A stretch of DNA of 64,000 nucleotides from Planctomycetota bacterium (GTDB lineage Bacteria; Planctomycetota; J058; JAJDCQ01), in the NCBI GenBank assembly GCA_029260755.1, contig JAJDCQ010000078.1, positions 73,255 to 137,254 of the forward strand, written 5' to 3'. Numbering within the stretch: position 1 is the first letter of the stretch; each line of letters begins with the position of its first letter. This document shows, one piece after another, positions 57,485-64,000 of this stretch. The notes beneath the pieces were generated by a model, which was not told where the DNA came from, made no database searches, and saw nothing but the letters and a program-made list of their open reading frames with translations. The position numbers were made by a program, and so were the translations under genes.

Positions 57485-58723
57485 TCATCGGGCGTCGTCG
57501 TCGGACGGCGGGAGTCGAATCGCCGGCATCGCGACCGTCGAGGCGTCCGCGACGTGGAGGACGCCGGTGAGCGCATCGACGAAGGCGTCGACCTCCGGCT
57601 CGCCGACGGTGAGCGGCGGCAGGATCCGGAGCATGTGGGGATCGGCGCACGTCCCGGCGATGATCCCGGCGTCGAAGAGGGCGTGGCCGACGCCCTTCGC
57701 CGAGCGGTCGAGGACCGCGCCCAGCATGAGGCCGGCGCCCTTGACCTCGGCGACGGCCGGCATCCGGATGAGCGCCGCGGTGAGACGCTCGCCCATCCGG
57801 GCGGCGTTGCCCGCGAGGTCCTGCTCGCGAACGAGCCGGAGCGTCGCGACGGCCGCCGCGGACGCGATCGGGTTCCCGCCGAAGGTCGAGCCGTACTCGC
57901 CGAGCTTCACCGTCGCCGCGAGCGCGTCGGTCGTGAGGAGGGCGCCGATCGCGACGCCCGAGCCGAGGCCCTTGCCCAGGGTGACGATCTGCGGGGCCAG
58001 CCCGATCGTGTCGGCGCCGAAGGGTCGCCCGGTCCGGCCGAGGCCGGTCTGGATCTCGTCGGCGATCAGGACGACGCCGCGCTCGGCGCACAGCTCCGCC
58101 AGCCGCGCGCACCACGCGACGTTCGGGACGCGGACCCCGCCGACGCCCTGGATCGGCTCCAGGATGACCGCCGCCGTCTCCTGAGTGAGGGCGGCGTCGA
58201 GCTCGGCGAGCTCGCCGACCTCGACGAAGCTGACGTCGCCGGGCAGGGGGCCGTGCTGGCTGCGGTAGGGGCCAGCCGAGGTGACCGACAGGGCCGCGAG
58301 GGTGCGCCCGTGGAACGACCGCTGGACGGCGACGATGCCGGGGCGGCCGGTCGCCTTGCGGGCGAGCTTGAGGGCGTTCTCGACGGCCTCGGCGCCCGAG
58401 TTGCACAGGAACGCGCGGGTGAGCTGGGGCTGGGTCGGCTCGGCGAACGCGCGCAGCTCCGCGAGGAGCTCGGCCCGGGGTGGGCTGTGGAACGCGTTGG
58501 TGCAGGCGATCAGCCGGCCCGCCTGCTCCCGGATGGCGGCGACGACGCTCGGCGGCGCGTGGCCGGCGATGGCGACGGCGTGCTGGGCGAAGAAGTCGAG
58601 GTAGCGACCGCCCGCGCCATCGAAGACGAAGGCGCCCTCCCCGCGTTCGAGCGCGACGGGGCGGCGGGCGTAGGTGTCGAGCTCGTTCTCCGCGGCGATC
58701 CGCAGGATCTCGGCGAGGTCCAT
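57485..58723 (-). CDS. argD: Acetylornithine (class III) aminotransferase
   Basis: 412 aa with the class III PLP fold and the lysine in TLGKGLGSG. Genomic context next to argH supports the call. Confidence 0.8.
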   Translation of the reverse strand: MDLAEILRIAAENELDTYARRPVALERGEGAFVFDGAGGRYLDFFAQHAVAIAGHAPPSVVAAIREQAGRLIACTNAFHSPPRAELLAELRAFAEPTQPQLTRAFLCNSGAEAVENALKLARKATGRPGIVAVQRSFHGRTLAALSVTSAGPYRSQHGPLPGDVSFVEVGELAELDAALTQETAAVILEPIQGVGGVRVPNVAWCARLAELCAERGVVLIADEIQTGLGRTGRPFGADTIGLAPQIVTLGKGLGSGVAIGALLTTDALAATVKLGEYGSTFGGNPIASAAAVATLRLVREQDLAGNAARMGERLTAALIRMPAVAEVKGAGLMLGAVLDRSAKGVGHALFDAGIIAGTCADPHMLRILPPLTVGEPEVDAFVDALTGVLHVADASTVAMPAIRLPPSDDDAR

Positions 58724-58799
58724 GGCGCGGCGAGTCTAGCCCCGCGAGAGGGGAGCGTCAACGCCGTCGGAGGAGGGTAACCTCAACGACGATGAACGT

Positions 58800-58828
58800 T
58801 TGACACGCTGTAGCCTCGCTGCTACGTT
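58800..58828 (+). promoter_or_regulatory. Candidate sigma70-like promoter of the GGDEF gene
   Basis: TTGACA (58800-58805), a 17-nt spacer, then TACGTT (58823-58828), about 50 nt upstream of the ATG at 58881. Confidence 0.4.
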
Positions 58829-58880
58829 GCCGGCCATCGCCCTCTCGCCTCCTCGGGCTCTGCCCGTTCGGGACTTGCCA

Positions 58881-60854
58881 ATGTCGGACGAAGGGCTCGA
58901 CGACCTGATCCGCGACCTCGACTCGGTCCTCGAGTCGGCCAAGGCGTCGCCGGCGCCGCCGCCCTCGGCGCCGCCGACGACCGATGACCTCACCGAGGCC
59001 GCCCGTCGAACCGTCGAGCGAAGCCTCAAGGCCGCCGACGCGGCCGCCCGGGGTCAGCTCGAGCCGCGGAACCTCCCGGGACGTCCGGCGAGCGCGGGGT
59101 CCGATGCGATAGGCCCGCTCGATCTCGTCCGCAGCACCGCCCTCGACAAGGTGACGCGCGATCGGTGGCGCCGGCTCTTCGAGACGAGCGCGCTCCTGAA
59201 CTCGACGCGCTTCGACCTCGACCTGATCCTCGTGACGGTCGTGGATGTGGCGGTGCAGCTCACGAGCGCGCGCCGGGGGATCCTCTTCTTCTCGGACGAG
59301 GAGGGCAGCCTCACCCGGAGCCTCGGTCGCGACGACGCGCGCAACCAGCTCCACGGGGCGGGGCTCGACGTCCCCCGGACGGTGATCAACCGGGTCGTCG
59401 AGACGCGGGAGCCGCTCTTCATCCCGCGCTTCGCGGACTCGCCGCTCCGGCGAAGCGAGAGCGTCGCCAGCCTCGGGCTCCACTCGGCGATGTGCGTCCC
59501 GCTCGCCGTCACGCCGACCGATCGAATCGTGACGAAGCGCCCGACCCAGGAGCGGCGTCGCTACGTCGCGCCGGCGCCGAGCGACCTCCTCGGCGTGCTC
59601 TACGTCGACAGCGACTCGAGCAAGAGCGTCTTCGGCGAGGAGGACCTCATGTTCTTCCTCGCCCTCGCCCACCACGCCACGACGGCGATCCTCAACGCGA
59701 ACCTCTACCGGCAGGCGATCACCGATCCGCTGACCCGCCTGTTCGCGCGCCGGCACTTCAACCAGGCGCTCGACGAGGCGCAGCGGCGCCACCAGCGCGA
59801 GGGGACGCCGGTCAGCCTCCTGATGATCGACGTCGATCACTTCAAGCGGGTCAACGACCGCCACGGGCACGTCGCCGGCGACCAGGTGCTTCGCCGCTTC
59901 GCCGAGCTGCTCCGGGCGACCCTCCGCGCGGACGACGAGGCGTTCCGTTACGGCGGCGAGGAGTTCGCCGTCCTCCTCGCCGACACCGACGAGGGGGGCT
60001 CGATGACCCTCGCCGAGAAGCTGCGCCGCCGGATCGAGGAGGAGTCGTTCACCGATCGCCAGATCCGCGTGACCACATCGATCGGGATCGCCACCCTGCC
60101 GGTCCACGCCAAGGACACCGCGGCGCTCGTCAAGCGCGCCGACCAGGCGCTCTACCAGGCGAAGGCCGAGGGGCGGAACCGCTGTCGGGCGTTCACGACG
60201 GCGCTCGGCGGGGCGGCGCGTCAGGACCCGCTCGCCGGCGTCTTCACCGGCGTGTTCGCGCGCGACTACGACAACGTCCGGCTGCTGATCGAGACGTTCG
60301 AGGCGATCTCCTCGGGGGCCGACATCAGCGCGCTCCTGACCCAGGTGATCGACAAGGTCATCGAGGCGACCGACGCGACCCGCGGCGCGCTGATGCTCCG
60401 CGACAAGGGGCACAGCAAGCTCCGGACGCTCGTCGCGCGCACCCGCGGGCGAGCGCCGCTGCCGGAGACCGAGCGCCTCTCGAGGAGCGTGCCGGCGCGG
60501 GTGCTCGAGACCGGAGAGAGCGTCTGCATCATCGAGGGAAGCGAGGGCGAGCCCGAGGTGCTGGCCGGACCCGACGACGGGCGAGCCAAGCCGCGCTCGC
60601 GGTCGGCGAGCTTCAAGTCGGCCTCGATCGCCGAGATGGAGCTCCGCACGGTGATGTGCGTTCCCCTCGCCACGCGGGAGCGCACGATCGGCGTCCTCTA
60701 CGTCGACAGCCGCGCGGTCGGCGAGCGGCTGCGCGAGTCAAGCCTGCCGTTCTTCGAGGCGCTCGGTCGCCATCTCGCCCTCGCCCTCGAGAACGTGCGC
60801 CTCCGGGCGCAGCTCCGGATCGCCCGGGCCGGCGGCTCGGCGCCCGAAGCCTGA
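58881..60854 (+). CDS. Diguanylate cyclase, GAF-GGDEF-GAF
   Basis: 657 aa from the ATG at 58881. The active site is GGEEF, preceded by the RxxD I-site (RADD-EAFRY-GGEEF). GAF-like regions flank it on both sides (VMCVPLATRERTIGVLYVDS). Confidence 0.85.
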   Translation: MSDEGLDDLIRDLDSVLESAKASPAPPPSAPPTTDDLTEAARRTVERSLKAADAAARGQLEPRNLPGRPASAGSDAIGPLDLVRSTALDKVTRDRWRRLFETSALLNSTRFDLDLILVTVVDVAVQLTSARRGILFFSDEEGSLTRSLGRDDARNQLHGAGLDVPRTVINRVVETREPLFIPRFADSPLRRSESVASLGLHSAMCVPLAVTPTDRIVTKRPTQERRRYVAPAPSDLLGVLYVDSDSSKSVFGEEDLMFFLALAHHATTAILNANLYRQAITDPLTRLFARRHFNQALDEAQRRHQREGTPVSLLMIDVDHFKRVNDRHGHVAGDQVLRRFAELLRATLRADDEAFRYGGEEFAVLLADTDEGGSMTLAEKLRRRIEEESFTDRQIRVTTSIGIATLPVHAKDTAALVKRADQALYQAKAEGRNRCRAFTTALGGAARQDPLAGVFTGVFARDYDNVRLLIETFEAISSGADISALLTQVIDKVIEATDATRGALMLRDKGHSKLRTLVARTRGRAPLPETERLSRSVPARVLETGESVCIIEGSEGEPEVLAGPDDGRAKPRSRSASFKSASIAEMELRTVMCVPLATRERTIGVLYVDSRAVGERLRESSLPFFEALGRHLALALENVRLRAQLRIARAGGSAPEA

Positions 60855-60894
60855 GTCGGGCGCCAATCGTCCCGGGCTCGTCGGGCGGCGAGCA

Positions 60895-61875
60895 TCAGCG
60901 GCGGGCCCTCCGCCCCGACGCCTGCGCGCGGACCTCCTCGCAGAAGGACGCGAGCAGCCCCGCGGGCTCCACGCCGTCTCGCAGGAGGAGGCCCCACATG
61001 GGCAGCGTCCCGCGTCGGCGCTTGAGCGCGTCGGTCAGGTCGACCTCGACGGTTCCGTCGGCGCGACGCGTCTTGCGCCGGGCGCGCGGACGCAGGACGG
61101 GCACGAACGCCGGCGCCAGCCCGCTCTGGACGAGCGCCTCCATCGCGGTCGCGCTGCTCGCGGTGGCGGCGACCTCGAGCGCGATCTTCTCGCCGCGGAG
61201 GACGCGGTCGGTCACCGCGTGCCCGGCCGTGCCGGGCTCGTAGGTGACGAAGCGATGGCCGGCGAGGTCGGCGGGCCCGATCGCTCCCCGCTTGCGTTCG
61301 AGCGGGTGCCCCGGCGGCAGGAGGAGGCAGAGGCCGAGCGGCGCGACCGGCTCGAACGCGATCCCGTCGGGCAGCTCGGCCGGGTCGGCGACGCCGACGC
61401 CCGCGTCGAGGTCGCCTGCAACGATGCCCGAGGCGATCTCGACAGCGTCCAGCTCCCGAAGGACGATCCGTCCGAGCCGCTCGGTCCGCCCGGCGAGCCG
61501 GGCCAGGGCCGGCGCGACGAGCTCGGATGTGTAGAGCGGCTCGGCGGCGACCGCGAGCGTCCCCGCGTCGCCGGCCGCGACCGCCCGCAGCAGCCCGGGG
61601 AGGCCCTCGAAGAACGGCGCGACGAACTCGTGGAGCGCCCGCCCCTCGGCCGTCAGCACCATCCGACGGCCGGCCCGCTCGAGGACGCGGACGCCGAGGG
61701 CGGCCTCGAGCTTGCGCACCTGGTGATGGAGGGCCGGCTCGGTGATCGGGAACGGCACGGCGGCCGCCGCGCGGGCGTAGCCCTGGTGGCGGCCGACGTG
61801 GAAGAATCCCTCGAGCTGGTGGAGCCGGGCGGCCGTCGCCGGATCGATCTTCGGGGTCTGGGCGTCGCGGGTCAT
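60895..61875 (-). CDS. LysR-family transcriptional regulator
   Basis: 326 aa with an N-terminal wHTH (GYARAAAAVPFPITEPALHHQVRKLE) and a LysR substrate-binding fold. Confidence 0.85.
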   Translation of the reverse strand: MTRDAQTPKIDPATAARLHQLEGFFHVGRHQGYARAAAAVPFPITEPALHHQVRKLEAALGVRVLERAGRRMVLTAEGRALHEFVAPFFEGLPGLLRAVAAGDAGTLAVAAEPLYTSELVAPALARLAGRTERLGRIVLRELDAVEIASGIVAGDLDAGVGVADPAELPDGIAFEPVAPLGLCLLLPPGHPLERKRGAIGPADLAGHRFVTYEPGTAGHAVTDRVLRGEKIALEVAATASSATAMEALVQSGLAPAFVPVLRPRARRKTRRADGTVEVDLTDALKRRRGTLPMWGLLLRDGVEPAGLLASFCEEVRAQASGRRARR

Positions 61876-61898
61876 CGTCGGTCGCCTCCAGAAGTGGT

Positions 61899-61918
61899 AT
61901 TAATTTGTAGGCATTAAA
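61899..61918. promoter_or_regulatory. AT-rich dyad ATTAAT-N8-ATTAAA just upstream of the lysR-type gene (candidate autoregulatory LTTR box or promoter)
   Basis: This is the only AT-rich patch in the 85-bp gap. It contains a T-N11-A arrangement and lies 24 nt upstream of the start, which has a GGAGG RBS. Confidence 0.3.
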
Positions 61919-61960
61919 TGGTCTCCTTTCGATTCTCTGAAGTCAAGACGGATTCGCCGC

Positions 61961-63652
61961 TCAACCGAGCAGCGCGGTGCCGACGTGGTCCTCGATCACG
62001 GGGATCGTGAACCGGAAGGCGGCCCCGCAGCCCGGGTCGGACTCGACCCAGAGACGCAGCCCGTGGCGCGTCGCGAGCTTCTGCGCGACGGCGAGGCCGG
62101 ATCGCCTCGAGGGCGCTTCGCCGCCGCGCGATGGCCGGGTCGCCCGGAAGATTCGACCGGCCTGACGCGCGGGGATGCCCGGCCCCCGGTCGCGCACCGA
62201 GACCACCCAGCTCTGCCCCTTCCGCTCCGCGTCGACGACCACCGACGCGCTCTCCCCGTCGTGGCGTCCGTGGCGGATGGCGTTGTCGACGAGATGCGTC
62301 AGGAGCTGCGCCACCGCGGCCGGTCGTCCGCTCACCGTCGGGAGCGACTCCCAGGACAGGTCGGCGTCGGTCTCCTCGATCGCCTGGGCGAGCCGGTCGC
62401 GGATGTCCCGCATGATGGTGCCGAGCTCGATCGGGACGGGCGCCTCGCGGGCTCCCTCGACCCGCGCCCAGGAGACGATGTCGCGGACGATCCCGTGCAT
62501 CCGGCGGACGCCCTCGAGCGCGCGGGTGAGCCGCGTCTGCTCCGCCGGCTCGAGGGACGCGCTCTGGTTCTCCACGGCGGTGAGGTCGCCGATCACGCTC
62601 CGGAGCGGCTCGCGGAGGTCATCGGAGATCGCGTTCGCGACCTCCTCGAGCTCCGCGTTGCTCCGGGCGAGCTCGCGGTTCTTCGCCTCGAGGCGGGCGA
62701 CGTGGAACGCGCGCGTCTCGGCGAGCTCGCGAGCCGATCGCGCGCGCTCGGCCGCCTCCGCCCGGAGGTGCGACTCGCGGAGGCGACGCGTCTCCTCCTC
62801 GAGCCGTCGGCGGCCGACGTGCGCCCGCACCCGGGAGTGGAAGACCTCCGCATTGCTCAGCTTCAGGACGTAGTCGTCCGCGCCGGCCGCGAAGCCGTCG
62901 AGCACCTCGTCCTCGGAGTCGGCGCCGGTCACGAGGATCACGGGCACCTCGCGCCACCAGCGCCCCGAGCGCTTGATCCGGCGGCAGGTCTCGAGGCCGC
63001 CGAGGCCGGGCATGACGACGTCGAGGAGGATCGCGTCGAACACGCCTCCCTCCTCGAGCGTCGTGAGGGCGGCCTCGCCGTCGGTCGCCGTCGTGACGTC
63101 GTAGCCGCGCGCGCGAAGCTGGTCCGCGAGCCCCTCGCGGAGCGCGAGCGAGTCGTCGACGAGGAGGACCCGTCCGGAGAACGGCCGTTCGGCCGGAGCG
63201 AGGTGGGGCGCCCGCGGGCGCTCGTCCGGCTCCTCCGGTGGCGGGACGGGGGTGGGAGCGTTCGCCGCCGCGGCCGGGAGATGGCTCCGGACGAAGTCGA
63301 CGACGCCCTTGCGGTCGTAAGGCTTGGAGGCGAAGCCGTCGGGATAGACGCCGAGGACGGCGAGGCAGTCGGCCGCGTCCTCCTCACCGGTCAGGACGAG
63401 GACGGGGATCGTGGCCGTCACCTCGTCGCTCCGGAGCTCCTTGAGGAGATTGAGGCCGTTGCCGTCGGGCAGGATCACGTCGAGGACGACGTGATCGATC
63501 GGCGTCCGCGAGAACAGCCGGCGCGCCGCGGTCAGGCTCTCGGCGACCATCACCTCGAGCTCGGCATCCAGGAACGCCGCGCGGAGATCCTCGCGCACGG
63601 TCGACGAGTCGTCCACCACGAGGACGCTCGGGCGTCGCGGTCGGTCGTTCAT
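61961..63652 (-). CDS. REC-REC-histidine-kinase-like protein with Asp in place of the H-box histidine
   Basis: 563 aa from the ATG at 63652, which overlaps the cheB stop (ATGA). Two receiver domains keep their acceptor Asp (VVLDVILPDGNG, AILLDVVMPGLGG). The dimerisation H-box reads AISDDLREPLRS where SHDLREPL is expected; the codon is GAT. The HATPase N-box is HLVDNAIRHG and G1 is RDRGPGIP. Confidence 0.8.
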   Translation of the reverse strand: MNDRPRRPSVLVVDDSSTVREDLRAAFLDAELEVMVAESLTAARRLFSRTPIDHVVLDVILPDGNGLNLLKELRSDEVTATIPVLVLTGEEDAADCLAVLGVYPDGFASKPYDRKGVVDFVRSHLPAAAANAPTPVPPPEEPDERPRAPHLAPAERPFSGRVLLVDDSLALREGLADQLRARGYDVTTATDGEAALTTLEEGGVFDAILLDVVMPGLGGLETCRRIKRSGRWWREVPVILVTGADSEDEVLDGFAAGADDYVLKLSNAEVFHSRVRAHVGRRRLEEETRRLRESHLRAEAAERARSARELAETRAFHVARLEAKNRELARSNAELEEVANAISDDLREPLRSVIGDLTAVENQSASLEPAEQTRLTRALEGVRRMHGIVRDIVSWARVEGAREAPVPIELGTIMRDIRDRLAQAIEETDADLSWESLPTVSGRPAAVAQLLTHLVDNAIRHGRHDGESASVVVDAERKGQSWVVSVRDRGPGIPARQAGRIFRATRPSRGGEAPSRRSGLAVAQKLATRHGLRLWVESDPGCGAAFRFTIPVIEDHVGTALLG

Positions 63653-64000
63653 CGGAGCATCGCCTCGACGCGCGCCCGGACGAGCGCGGCCGCGATGTCG
63701 TCGAGGTCCTGGACCTCGTCGGCGGACCTCGCCCGGATCGCCGCGGCGGGGATGTCGCCGATGACGCACGTCTCGGGCGACTGGGCGATCGTCCTTCCGC
63801 CCGCCCGCTTGATCGCTGCGAGCCCGGCCGCCCCGTCCTCGCCCATCCCGGTCAGGAGGCAACCGACCGCCGCCGGGCCGACGTCACGGGCGATCGACTC
63901 GAACAGGACGTCGATGCTCGGGCAGCGACCGTGGCGGGCCGGCGCGGTGCTGAAGTGGGTCCGTTCTCCCTCGACGACGAGGTGGACCGACGGAGGGGCG
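63649..64000 (-). CDS. cheB: Chemotaxis response regulator protein-glutamate methylesterase CheB (C-terminal part, runs off the right edge)
   Basis: The minus-strand frame reads ...VGCLLTGMGEDGAAGLAAIKRAGGRTIAQSPETCVIGDIPAAAI..., typical of the CheB catalytic domain. Confidence 0.75.
   Translation of the reverse strand, partial: APPSVHLVVEGERTHFSTAPARHGRCPSIDVLFESIARDVGPAAVGCLLTGMGEDGAAGLAAIKRAGGRTIAQSPETCVIGDIPAAAIRARSADEVQDLDDIAAALVRARVEAMLR

Overview
This is a very GC-rich (roughly 70% by eye) bacterial chromosomal window with about 31 credible protein-coding genes. I recognise no rRNA, tRNA, CRISPR array, transposase or phage genes. Housekeeping genes are selA, ubiB, a class I mannose-6-P isomerase, recN, hflX, B12-dependent nrdJ, argH, argD, hemW and an acyl-CoA dehydrogenase. 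They are interleaved with an unusually dense signalling and envelope set. That set has five membrane-anchored Hanks-type Ser/Thr kinases with TPR or helical-repeat ectodomains; two are translationally coupled and one is fused to an apparently Cys-less transglutaminase-like domain. It also has a 1072-aa protein with two FHA domains plus a T2SS-E N-terminal (MshEN-like) domain, a GAF-GAF-PP2C phosphatase and a GAF-GGDEF-GAF cyclase. Further members are a REC-REC-histidine kinase whose H-box His is Asp, a partial cheB, a STAS protein and a FlgM-like anti-sigma factor. A tandem-GNAT plus cNMP-binding fusion coupled to an M20 amidohydrolase, two tandem orphan secretin paralogues and a secreted serpin complete it. 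The most unusual signal is non-coding: six intergenic gaps are filled with two families of mosaic palindromic repeats. Family 1 elements are long hairpins whose roughly 30-nt arms are three tandem 8-9-nt units (CACAGATTA, CGCGGATTA or GCGCAAAG types). They are bounded by GTTCCWGGAAC palindromes and lie near 0.5, 19.7-20.1, 51.7 and 53.3-53.8 kb. Family 2 elements are GGGGTCAGGCC hairpins plus units of about 120 nt, at 15.6-16.3 and 33.9-34.1 kb. One family 2 pair, about 210-235 bp long, sits in inverted orientation around a 17.6-kb block holding the FHA protein, a kinase, the FlgM-like gene, both secretins, a methyltransferase and the kinase-transglutaminase fusion. Gene content suggests a Planctomycetota- or Myxococcota-like organism, but that is inference only. 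Most of the very long ORFs in the supplied track are antisense or off-frame artefacts of high GC and were rejected. All domain calls come from motif recognition by eye; no database search was run.
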